A DNA stretch of 24,000 nt. Origin: Alphaproteobacteria bacterium. GTDB taxonomy: Bacteria > Pseudomonadota > Alphaproteobacteria > MPNO01. The notes beneath the pieces are model-generated. The model did not search any database. It had not been told where the DNA came from and saw nothing but the letters and a program-made list of their open reading frames with translations. Position numbers and translations under genes: made by a program. Every line of letters starts with the position of its first letter. Position 1 is the first letter of the stretch. The stretch is from positions 29,408 through 53,407 of the forward strand of contig OZ219866.1 in NCBI GenBank assembly GCA_964291675.2. Reading direction: 5' to 3'. Shown here in pieces: positions 8,167-16,418 of the stretch.

Positions 8167-10365
8167 TCAATTCTCCTCCTCCCCTCTACTGCCGCGATCA
8201 TCTGCTTCACAAAATCGTCTAGCACCGACTAGCACCGCGTCTATCCGCCGACGCTCGTCCTCCGTCAGCTTCGGATCATTACAATGCTTCATCCCTGCAT
8301 CAACAAGATCATCAAGCTGATACCACCTCGCGTCAGGCCGCTCCTCCATAGAATAGTGCCGCCCGGTTTCGTCAACGCTATAAGCCACTAGTCCCTTACA
8401 CACCTTTGCCATAAACGTTGCGTTGTCCGCCATACCCTCTGTTAGCCAAGTCTTCGCCGCTTCGCAATCCGATAAGTGACTCCAGCATCTAACGATGTTG
8501 TAGTAAAATGGAGCGTCCGCGAGAGTATTTTCCTTGTAACCCGCATCAATTCTTTTCATGAGCAGCTGACCAATTGCTTCGAAGTCCTCTTTTGAAATAC
8601 ACGCTTCATCTCGCGGTGGGTTGCCAAAAACACCAAGTTCCTCGCCCCGCGACACGTAGATGTCAGCGAGGAAGCTGGGCGATCCCTCCCTCTCAAATGC
8701 TTCAATCAAAAACTGACCTGATTTTCTAATTCCCCATTGCTTCAAAATATCGTAAATCAGAAATCCGATCATCGATCGCGGCGGCAACTCCATCATGCTG
8801 AACACTTGATCAACAGATATTACCTCTTCGCCAACGCGAAACAACGCATACAGTATTGCTGACGTCCCCCGCATTGGGCTCCTTCCGGAGTACTGCACTC
8901 GCAGCTCGTGAAGCACCTTTGAGATCATCGGCACTCCACGGCTGTCAGACATCACCAGATACCCTCGGAGTATCTTTTCGATGTCCTCGACATTGGCCTC
9001 CGGGGACACCAAATCGCCGATATCTGCCAACCTAACCGCATCCGCTGATGGGTGCAGACCAAAATAACTGTCGTAGCCGGCCTCGCAACCGATGCCTCTT
9101 CTTCTCTCCACCTCGTCATAGGCGTCTGCCCCGAACGACGCATCGCTGTCAGACCACTTTGCCAATTGCGGGAATAGGACCGTGATCACCCCTAGCACTT
9201 GCGAATATTCTCCTTCTGGAACTCTTCGCTTCAGATCTTCGACGACTTGTTCCCTCACACCATCGTCAGCGAGCTGAAAACGGCCTTCGTTGAATAGGAA
9301 GTTTCGATTGTCACGAAGCCACGAAAACGCTTCCGCGTCAAACAATCGCACTCCCTCCATCCCAAGCATATCTTGCGGATCAATCTCATTGCACAGTGCC
9401 GGCCACGCAAATTTGACTGCGTTCGATAACCGTACGACGTCACGAGGTGACTTCACCCATCGATGCACACCGTCCCGTAACAACAACTGCCAACGAAACG
9501 AATTTTCTGTTTGGCGCACCAAAAACGCTGTTTCTCGATCAAGCATTCTCAGCAGTGTATTCTTCGGCGGTTGAGGCAGTTCCAATTCCTGTTGAATTAT
9601 CTTTTCACCAAACGACGGTCCCGTACCGGCAGCATCGCTGTCCAGAACGTTCCACACAATCTTGCGGTCATAGGATAGCAAGTAAATTACGTTGGGAAGT
9701 TGGCCAATGCTCTTTACCATTTTGAAAATTAGCTTTACTTCAGCGTCCTCTAACCGATCAATATCGTCAATGGTGACAAGAAATCGTTTGTCGCTATTTC
9801 TTAGTAATTCCCTTAAGTTTTCGTAGGCCTTTTGCAAAGAGGGCTCTTCCACGAAACGGTCAATCACGGAACCAAGAGATTTCTTGGCAACGCGTCCAGC
9901 GACGCGGGACATCACTCCTGCGCTGGGATCTATCGTGATTGCAACAGTCGCCGCGGCGTCTACCAACCCGTTAGAAGCATCTGACACAGCGTTACGATTT
10001 CGCTCAAGCCATCTTCGGCTTCTAGATTTCTTTGGCCCAAGATATTCTGACAACACCTTAAAGAATGCCGCAATCAGATCATGATGTCCTGTTACAAGCC
10101 AAGGTCGGAAATCAATATGTACAAGCGGGCTTTCACCGCTTTCTTTGTTGAATCTGTGAATGTACTCTATCACGAAGTTTAGAATTGTAGATTTGCCAGC
10201 GCCCCATGCACCGTGAATACCGATGACGTAGCCATTTGGTGCCTCTAGGGCAACGACTGTTCTTGCAATGCTCTCGGCGAACTGTGCATAGCCAAGTCGA
10301 TCATCTTCAGGCATTAGCTTTGGTGCATCATCGCCCAATATAAAATTGAATTCCGTGTTCGTCAT
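8167..10365 (-). CDS. KAP-family P-loop NTPase (no obvious transmembrane insert)
   Basis: 732-aa ORF, AT-richer than its flanks. The N-terminus DRLGYAQFAESIARTV...YVIGIHGAWGAGKSTILNFV (Walker A at nt 10186-10212) and the Walker B FLVTIDDIDRLE match the KAP NTPase (PF07693) pattern. The insert between Walker A and B lacks clear hydrophobic helices. Confidence 0.85.
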   Translation of the reverse strand: MTNTEFNFILGDDAPKLMPEDDRLGYAQFAESIARTVVALEAPNGYVIGIHGAWGAGKSTILNFVIEYIHRFNKESGESPLVHIDFRPWLVTGHHDLIAAFFKVLSEYLGPKKSRSRRWLERNRNAVSDASNGLVDAAATVAITIDPSAGVMSRVAGRVAKKSLGSVIDRFVEEPSLQKAYENLRELLRNSDKRFLVTIDDIDRLEDAEVKLIFKMVKSIGQLPNVIYLLSYDRKIVWNVLDSDAAGTGPSFGEKIIQQELELPQPPKNTLLRMLDRETAFLVRQTENSFRWQLLLRDGVHRWVKSPRDVVRLSNAVKFAWPALCNEIDPQDMLGMEGVRLFDAEAFSWLRDNRNFLFNEGRFQLADDGVREQVVEDLKRRVPEGEYSQVLGVITVLFPQLAKWSDSDASFGADAYDEVERRRGIGCEAGYDSYFGLHPSADAVRLADIGDLVSPEANVEDIEKILRGYLVMSDSRGVPMISKVLHELRVQYSGRSPMRGTSAILYALFRVGEEVISVDQVFSMMELPPRSMIGFLIYDILKQWGIRKSGQFLIEAFEREGSPSFLADIYVSRGEELGVFGNPPRDEACISKEDFEAIGQLLMKRIDAGYKENTLADAPFYYNIVRCWSHLSDCEAAKTWLTEGMADNATFMAKVCKGLVAYSVDETGRHYSMEERPDARWYQLDDLVDAGMKHCNDPKLTEDERRRIDAVLVGARRFCEADDRGSRGEEEN

Positions 10366-10799
10366 TGTGACATGTCTACCTGATCGTCCCTATGTATTGA
10401 TCCAACTTCATAGTTCGTGCATCTCACAGCGGAATACCACCGGAAGTCTGTTGAGTGCCCAATCTCGGGTATGCGTCGCTCAAAGTCCTTGGTCCCCTTA
10501 TTCAGCGATTGTCATCACATAGGAATCCGCCGATTTCAACCCAACGTCTCTTGTCACCGTTCCCCGCGTTCCTTCGGCCCGAAAGGAGAGCCAAGGGATC
10601 TTACAAGTACCACGAAATTTATCCCTTCGGGAATTCAAACCTCGCGAACTTTAGAAGCGGCGCTACGTAGAATCGTCGGGCTGGAGCGAAACTCAGCTCT
10701 GTCGTAGTGAATCTTCACCCGCGCGTCGGACAGGAAGAGCTGGAGAATGACATCGGCGAGCGGCGGTGAGACGGCGGTACTTGTGTTCGGGTCCATTCC

Positions 10800-11372
10800 T
10801 CAAGGAATGGATATTCCAAGCCTCGTGAGCGTCGCGATGTCCATGCGCCCGGTTTGCGGAATCCCCTCGGATCGCTGAAAGGCCTTCAGCGCGGCGCGAG
10901 TCTTGGGCCCCAGCAGGCCATCGATATCCCCGTTGTAGAGGCCTCGACGCATCAGGGCCGCCTGAACCCGGACCACCATTGTCGACACGTCCTGCGGGGT
11001 CGCTTTGGGAATCGTCCGCTCGATCCGCGGCGCAGCCTTGGGAATCACCGACGGGGCCGGGCTCGACGGCGGTGACTGATATTGCGGTTGTGGCGCCGGC
11101 GCGGAAGGGGCCTGTCGCACTCCGCCGCTGCTCGACCGGTGACTCCGGTGACTGCCGTGGGAACTATGGCTCCTGTGCGCCGCATACCGGTCCTCGGCCG
11201 TCGCATTCAGCGTATTCGGCAATAGGACCGGCGCCCTGTCGGGATTGCCAGACGCCTCCAAGTCTTCGCCAATTGCGGCGGCGGTATTGGCTCCCAACGC
11301 CGCCGTCGTCATGCCCCCAGCTGCCAGTGCTGGCCCACGCAGAAGCCGCCAAACCCTACCGCGCCATGTCAT
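10800..11372 (-). CDS. hxsA: His-Xaa-Ser repeat protein (HxsA-like precursor) with signal peptide and C-terminal peptidoglycan-binding (PG_binding_1) domain
   Basis: 190-aa ORF with GAGGG about 10 nt upstream of ATG 11372. The N-terminal signal-like region is WRLLRGPALAAGGMTTAALGANTAAA. Five perfect tandem H-x-S triplets (HRS HSS HGS HRS HRS) were verified at nt 11133-11177. A Pro/Ser/Ala-rich linker follows. The C-terminus VVRVQAALMRRGLYNGDIDGLLGPKTRAALKAFQRSEGIPQTGRMDIATLTRLG matches PF01471. It lies immediately downstream of two radical-SAM genes. Confidence 0.7.
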   Translation of the reverse strand: MTWRGRVWRLLRGPALAAGGMTTAALGANTAAAIGEDLEASGNPDRAPVLLPNTLNATAEDRYAAHRSHSSHGSHRSHRSSSGGVRQAPSAPAPQPQYQSPPSSPAPSVIPKAAPRIERTIPKATPQDVSTMVVRVQAALMRRGLYNGDIDGLLGPKTRAALKAFQRSEGIPQTGRMDIATLTRLGISIP

Positions 11373-11397
11373 GTATGTTGTCCCTCACCGTCTAGCC

Positions 11398-12585
11398 CTA
11401 TCCGATCTGTCCCACGGTCTCCCTCACCGGCTTGATAGCACGGCTCATCCACTTGCCGTCTATCGACCGAAAGAACCCGCAACATTCGTCTCGCAGCATG
11501 CATCCGACACATTCCGGCAGATAGGTGTTCTTCCAGTCCGAGATGCTTTGTCTGGAATATGGCCGAAGTTCTACCGGCACCGTGCAAAGCGGAAAGTTGT
11601 ACAAGGAAACGCTCATTCCCCGATTTGCGAGAAAGAATACCGCATCGCGCAGCGCGTCCATGCAGTCGACCGGATCGATCCATATCTTCTCGTAGTTGGC
11701 CCGCGCGAAACCGATCGGCTCCAGTCCCATGAACGCGACATGCCCTGCAAAGGTCAGGTTCCGGAATATGAAATACGCCAGTTCGCCGAGCCGTTCGACG
11801 TTGGGTCGCTGCACGACAACGCGGATTTCGATATCCGCCTCGTGCTTCGCCAGGTTGTGCAGCCCGGCCAGCGTCTCCTCCCAAGCGGTGTCGGCCTGGA
11901 CGATGTAGTCGTGGATTTCCGGGCAGTCAGAGTAGAGCGGGATACCCCAAGTCAGGTTCGGGTGCCTGACAGCACAGGCCGTCCGGGCGAACGCCTCTTC
12001 GGCGAACCGCCTTCCGTTGGAGAGGATATGAAGGCCGGTGTCCGGTAGGAGGCGCCGAGCCCGATCCAGAACCACGAGCAGGTCGTCGCCAAGCAGGGTC
12101 GGCTCGCCGCCGCTGATGCCGAGCTGTGCCTCGTCCCGGTCCACCAGAGAAATCGTCTCCAGCATCTCGCCGACCAACCATCCGTCATCGACATCACGCG
12201 GGGGCTGAGAGCACATGATGCAGAAGCTGTTGCACCGTTCCGTCGCGAGCAGAGTGTTGCTGTTAGACCCGCGCCGGTAGAGAACCGATACTCGGGAACT
12301 CCCCTCCACCAGACGAATGACGTCACCCGGCGCAACGACACCCGGCGTGCCGATCCGGTCGACTGCGATCCCGGCGGCCGAATCGCCTTCGAGAGCGCCG
12401 CCCGTCACGACGCCGGCCCAGGGCCCATCCACCTTCTCCGGCTCCTTGCCCTCCCGCCGATCGAGCCAGATCAGGCAACGTTCCGGGTCGATATCGGATC
12501 GAACGGCTTCGTTCGCCGTGAGGACTTTCACGATCGCCCGGTCTTGCACACCTTGGACTCGGGCCCGGGTATGAAGAGGCAGCAT
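11398..12585 (-). CDS. hxsC: Radical SAM maturase, HxsC-like
   Basis: 395-aa ORF. CNSFCIMC (CX3CX2C, nt 12211-12234) is followed by SQPP, then GISGGEPTL (SAM-binding GGE). A C-terminal Cys cluster reads LPECVGCMLRDECCGFF. ATG 12585 lies 3 nt after the hxsB stop. Size and pairing with a SPASM rSAM and an HxS-repeat protein fit the HxsC family as I recall it. Confidence 0.8.
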   Translation of the reverse strand: MLPLHTRARVQGVQDRAIVKVLTANEAVRSDIDPERCLIWLDRREGKEPEKVDGPWAGVVTGGALEGDSAAGIAVDRIGTPGVVAPGDVIRLVEGSSRVSVLYRRGSNSNTLLATERCNSFCIMCSQPPRDVDDGWLVGEMLETISLVDRDEAQLGISGGEPTLLGDDLLVVLDRARRLLPDTGLHILSNGRRFAEEAFARTACAVRHPNLTWGIPLYSDCPEIHDYIVQADTAWEETLAGLHNLAKHEADIEIRVVVQRPNVERLGELAYFIFRNLTFAGHVAFMGLEPIGFARANYEKIWIDPVDCMDALRDAVFFLANRGMSVSLYNFPLCTVPVELRPYSRQSISDWKNTYLPECVGCMLRDECCGFFRSIDGKWMSRAIKPVRETVGQIG

Positions 12586-12588
12586 GCC

Positions 12589-14094
12589 CTACACCCGGTA
12601 ACCGGCTGCGGACAGCTCGGATGCGTCTCGCCGGGTCATCCAGGAAAGGAACACCCGCAGCACATCGGGATCTCGTCCCGCCAATAGTTCGAAGACGATT
12701 CGGAACAGGCCGGTATGGCGGTGGCAGAACTCGCTTGTCGGCCGATGACCGACGGGGTTTCCCTGCGTCGCCACGTTGAAAACGGGATCGGCGCCGCAAT
12801 AGGGAACGAACGCGCATTCCGAGCAGACCGGCAGCTTCTCTGCATCGCCCGCGTCCTCGATGATCTTCATGGCGTTCGATTGCCGGAGATCGGCCAACGA
12901 ATCATGGACCGAGCCCATTCGGAAGCGGTCGTCGCCCATCTCCGCCAGCATTCGGCCCTCGTCCGAAACGTAGACCCCGCCATCGTAGTTGTAGACGAGC
13001 ACGTTCCTGCCTGCGGCCGCGGGCGATTGCAGGTCGACATAGTCGGTCGGAAACGGTGTCAGGATTCTCGTCAACAGCAGGGTCGCGTACGATTCCTCGA
13101 TCCTCCGTCCCGCGAGGTTGACCTCGATCAGATAGTCCAGGGCCTCGCGGTAGAACCGCAGAAATTCGTCGCTCGTGTATCCCAGCTTGCGCCGGCTCTT
13201 CACGGCAAAGCCGAAGGGACTGATCGGCCGAAGCGAGATCGAGTCGAACCCCAGCTCCAGATAGGTATCCACGGTCTCGCGCGGATACCCCAGGCCATGC
13301 CGAGTGATCGTCGCCAACGCTGCCACGCGATCATGACCGCAGATCGCTCGCGCCCGCGCCATTCCCTCCACCGTTCGCTTGAACGAATCCCGCATCGCAT
13401 TGGGTCGGTTCGCGTCGTGAACGTGCTCCGGACCGTCGAGCGAGGTGGACAATTCGATCCGGTGGTCCCGGCAGAAGGCCAGCATGTCGTCCGTCATCAG
13501 GTGCAGGGTCGTCGCCATCACGAACCGCACCATCCTTTCGGCCACCCGAGCGCGCCGGGCCGCTTGCTTGACGATCCGCCGCACGAGGGGAAAGGCCAGC
13601 GCAGACTCACCGCCCTGAAACTCGATGGTCAGTGTCTCCGCCTTCGATTCGAACACCCGATCCAGAGCGGCATCCGCGGTCGCGTCGTCCATGTCGAATC
13701 CGCGCTCCCACGGGCGACGCGGCGACACCTGGCAGTAGTGGCAGCGATGGTCGCATCTCAGGGTCAGAACAAGAATGTGCAGCGCGGGGTCTTCCGTCGC
13801 GAAGTGCTTCCGCGTCCGTTGCTGCGCGGCCAGCCCCGGAAGAAACGGACCCCGCTCGGCATCGCAAACGATCTGCCGCGTCCGCAGATCGCGGTAGATC
13901 TCCGTTCCGGGTTCAAGCGTACCGTCGGTCAGCTTGCGGAAATCGTTCTCGGCCAGAAACAGATATTCCCCGACCGCAGACGTCACCAGAACCTGGCCCG
14001 GAAGAGTCGGCAGCCTGGTGTGTCTGAAAGGCAGGACCTCGTACGCTCGGGAGGGCGCCGCAAATTCCTTCGGATCGCGAAAGGCCGCGGTCAT
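12589..14094 (-). CDS. hxsB: Radical SAM/SPASM-domain maturase, HxsB-like
   Basis: CDHRCHYC (CX3CX2C, nt 13732-13755) is followed by FQGGESAL. The C-terminal SPASM-like Cys motifs are CSECAFVPYCGADP...EFCHRH. The start is chosen at ATG 14094 (MTAAFRDPKEF...). The ORF-track extension to 14322 is Arg/Trp-rich and looks non-coding. ATG 14142 is an alternative start. Confidence 0.8.
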   Translation of the reverse strand: MTAAFRDPKEFAAPSRAYEVLPFRHTRLPTLPGQVLVTSAVGEYLFLAENDFRKLTDGTLEPGTEIYRDLRTRQIVCDAERGPFLPGLAAQQRTRKHFATEDPALHILVLTLRCDHRCHYCQVSPRRPWERGFDMDDATADAALDRVFESKAETLTIEFQGGESALAFPLVRRIVKQAARRARVAERMVRFVMATTLHLMTDDMLAFCRDHRIELSTSLDGPEHVHDANRPNAMRDSFKRTVEGMARARAICGHDRVAALATITRHGLGYPRETVDTYLELGFDSISLRPISPFGFAVKSRRKLGYTSDEFLRFYREALDYLIEVNLAGRRIEESYATLLLTRILTPFPTDYVDLQSPAAAGRNVLVYNYDGGVYVSDEGRMLAEMGDDRFRMGSVHDSLADLRQSNAMKIIEDAGDAEKLPVCSECAFVPYCGADPVFNVATQGNPVGHRPTSEFCHRHTGLFRIVFELLAGRDPDVLRVFLSWMTRRDASELSAAGYRV

Positions 14095-14381
14095 TCCACG
14101 TCCAGCAGACAAGCGTTCATCTCCCTCATCGGTGCACCCCATTGAATCTCGAATCGGTTCGTTCCGGTCCGGCCCTTGGGACCAGCGTGGACTTCCTATA
14201 CCCCTGCCTTCCCACCTTCGCACCCTCTTCCTCAGAACCCGCCGAACCGAAGCAACTGACCACAGCCAGAGCGGTACCCAACCAGCTGATTCGCCGCCCG
14301 GACGATCACTCATCCCTTGCACCGCTGGGCAGGTGGGTTAGCTTGACCATCGTTCAGGACAGATGGTGCTGCGCGGGGCCC

Positions 14382-14819
14382 ATGACGATTGCTCCCATCA
14401 ATACAGGAGTGCCGCGGTGCCGGATGCTGCTTTGCGCTCAACTGATCGCGGCTATGGTCATCGCTATCGCCGCCCAGCTTCCCGCCCACGCCGACGCCCC
14501 TCCGCCCGCCGTCGCCGCTCCGTCTGAGAAATCCGCCACGACCCTCAGCCACCGCAACGAGCGTAGTACCCCACGGGTCTCGGTCTTGCCTGCCAGTCCC
14601 GCGATTGCTCATGATCGCGAACAAACTGGAGATCGCCTCTCCGTCGGTCTCGCCAAAGCCGTCCTGCTACGCCTCGGATATCCGGTCGGCCGCTTGGACG
14701 ACCGAACCACCGCGAAATTCAAGGCCGCGCTATTCCGGTACCAGCGCGCCCACGGCATCCCGTCCTCCGGTACTCTCGACGAGGCAACACTCCGGTCACT
14801 GGGAATCACCCCGAAATGA
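14382..14819 (+). CDS. Secreted protein with degenerate PG_binding_1 domain; repeat-less paralogue of the HxsA-like C-terminus
   Basis: In-frame ATG at 14382, or at 14424 (MLLCAQLIAAMVIAIAAQLPAHA|DAPPP, a signal peptide). The C-terminus VGLAKAVLLRLGYPVGRLDDRTTAKFKAALFRYQRAHGIPSSGTLDEATLRSLGI aligns position by position with the PG-binding domain of 10800..11372. It is divergent from hxsB, and its stop overlaps the next start (ATGA at 14816-14819). Confidence 0.6.
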   Translation: MTIAPINTGVPRCRMLLCAQLIAAMVIAIAAQLPAHADAPPPAVAAPSEKSATTLSHRNERSTPRVSVLPASPAIAHDREQTGDRLSVGLAKAVLLRLGYPVGRLDDRTTAKFKAALFRYQRAHGIPSSGTLDEATLRSLGITPK

Positions 14820-15199
14820 AGCGCATCCTGCTTCCCCTGAATGCATTGGCCGTTCTCATCGTCCTCGCCTTCGGCGCCGACCGTTACTTGGCGCCCGTGA
14901 TCGCGAAAGCGATCTATGCCGAGGATTACAGGAATCTGATGTATCAGTGCGACCACGTCATGCGCGAACACTTCATCGCCAAGCAAATGGTGCTGGCCTC
15001 GACGACCGAAGAGACGATTCGCAACCTGGAGGCCGCCGAAGTCGGTCTCACCACCTGCCACGAATACGACAAGCTGCGAAAGGAGATGATCCGCTGGGGG
15101 CTTTCCGAGAACTCGCTTGCCCGCATCGGTCTTGAAGCCATCGAAGAACGAGCCACGGACATCCGCAAGTTCGTCGAGATCCATGAAATCCGCTACTAG
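14816..15199 (+). CDS. Small membrane-anchored or secreted hypothetical protein
   Basis: 127-aa ORF. The N-terminal hydrophobic helix is LLPLNALAVLIVLAFGA. It has two Cys residues. It is translationally coupled on both sides: an ATGA overlap upstream and a 17-nt overlap with the peroxidase start at 15183. No family recognised. Confidence 0.45.
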   Translation: MKRILLPLNALAVLIVLAFGADRYLAPVIAKAIYAEDYRNLMYQCDHVMREHFIAKQMVLASTTEETIRNLEAAEVGLTTCHEYDKLRKEMIRWGLSENSLARIGLEAIEERATDIRKFVEIHEIRY

Positions 15200-16418
15200 G
15201 CTCCTTCTTGCCGCCATCGCACTCACGATCGGGACCGCGGCCAGTGCCGCCGACAAGTCGTTTTCCGAGATTCTGCGTAATGCCGCACTTGCCAACGGCC
15301 TTCTGCCGCCCAAACAGCTCTTCGTAGACACCGATCAGCATCTGGCGGCCATCGGCAGGGCATTCTTCGAAAGCAAGAACCTGAGCCTGAACGGCCGGAT
15401 TGCTTGTCGGACGTGCCATCTCGACGCCTTCAGCTCGGGCGACGGGCTGCCGAATGCCGTGGGCATCTTCGGCACCGGCGAGGGACCGGTGCGAGCATTC
15501 AGCGAGGGGAAGATCGTCCCTCGGAATACTCTCCCGCTCTGGGGACGCGGGGGCCAGGGATTCGATGTCTTCTTCTGGGACGGGAAGGTCGACTTCTCCG
15601 GACAACGACCGCTGAGCCAGTTCGGTGCCGATGTACCTTCATCCGATCCACTGTTGACCGCGGTCCACCTTCCACCCGTCGAGATTCGCGAGATGATCGA
15701 CGACGACGCCGATGTATCGCGATTCAAAACCGAGTCCCCGGCGCAAGCTCACCGCCTGTACGCGCGGATCCTGACTCGCCTTCTCGAGACGGAACAAGCA
15801 GCAATGGAGGACCTCGCCACCAACCTAAACAAACAGCCTAACGAACTTGCCTTCAGCGATGTGGCACGATCGATTGCCGCCTTCATACGTTCGGAGTTCC
15901 GCCTTCACGATACCGACTTTCATCGGTTCGTCTTTGGAGACGGCCCACTTTCCCGTGACGAAATCCAAGGGGGGTTGATCTTTTATGGCAAGGGGAAGTG
16001 CGTCAATTGCCACACCGGACCTTATTTCTCGGACCTTCGGTTCCACGCCATTCCATTTCCACAGCTCGGATTTGGGAAGAACGGTTTTGGAATTGACTAC
16101 GGCCGCTTCAATGTCACCTTCGATCCTGACGATCTATACAAATTCCGCACGCCGCCACTCTTCAATGTCGCATCCACGTCACCCTATGGTCACTCCGGTT
16201 CTCTTTCGGTGCTTCGTGATGCAATAGTAGGCCATTTTGACCCTCTTCGAAATTTGGACACCGATGCGATGACCCCATTATCACGCCATGAGTACTACAA
16301 GAGAATGGCTGCGGTCGGTGCCGACTTCAGACTCTTCAGTGTCCTCACGGATCAAGAAGTTGCATTGGTCATTGAGTTCCTCAAGACGCTCAGCTTCTCT
16401 TCTCACGCTTCCAGATGA
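15183..16418 (+). CDS. Di-haem cytochrome c peroxidase / MauG-family protein (periplasmic)
   Basis: ATG 15183 gives the signal peptide MKSATRLLLAAIALTIGTAASAA. Two haem-c motifs are present: CRTCH (nt 15405-15419) and CVNCH (nt 15999-16013). Family hallmarks are CHTGPYFSD, FRTPPLFNV and SPYGHSGS (PF03150 CCP_MauG). Confidence 0.85.
   Translation: MKSATRLLLAAIALTIGTAASAADKSFSEILRNAALANGLLPPKQLFVDTDQHLAAIGRAFFESKNLSLNGRIACRTCHLDAFSSGDGLPNAVGIFGTGEGPVRAFSEGKIVPRNTLPLWGRGGQGFDVFFWDGKVDFSGQRPLSQFGADVPSSDPLLTAVHLPPVEIREMIDDDADVSRFKTESPAQAHRLYARILTRLLETEQAAMEDLATNLNKQPNELAFSDVARSIAAFIRSEFRLHDTDFHRFVFGDGPLSRDEIQGGLIFYGKGKCVNCHTGPYFSDLRFHAIPFPQLGFGKNGFGIDYGRFNVTFDPDDLYKFRTPPLFNVASTSPYGHSGSLSVLRDAIVGHFDPLRNLDTDAMTPLSRHEYYKRMAAVGADFRLFSVLTDQEVALVIEFLKTLSFSSHASR

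Noticed and set aside
10366-10634. Non-coding stretch between the KAP gene and the Hxs cluster. It contains small hairpins (CCTTCGG..CCGAAAGG, CCC-TTC-GGG) and the ORFs 10417..10707 and 10455..10670. Considered as a possible ncRNA or small genes.
   Set aside because: The stems are short and imperfect. The ORFs have unremarkable, non-protein-like composition and no SD. Nothing here can be supported without covariance or expression data.
12715-14145. 476-aa + strand ORF antisense to hxsB. Similar long ORFs occur at 13632..14027, 11245..12048 and 11952..12341.
   Set aside because: It is extremely Arg/Pro/Gly/His-rich with no motifs. It lies exactly opposite a gene with verified radical-SAM motifs. 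This is the typical antisense open frame of GC-rich DNA.
14095-14322. N-terminal 76-codon extension of hxsB in the ORF track.
   Set aside because: The extension (MQGMSDRPGGESAGWVPLWLWSVASVRRVLRKRVRRWEGRG...) is Arg/Trp-rich. It would consume most of the divergent intergenic region. The internal ATG 14094 gives a normal-looking N-terminus. The start remains uncertain.
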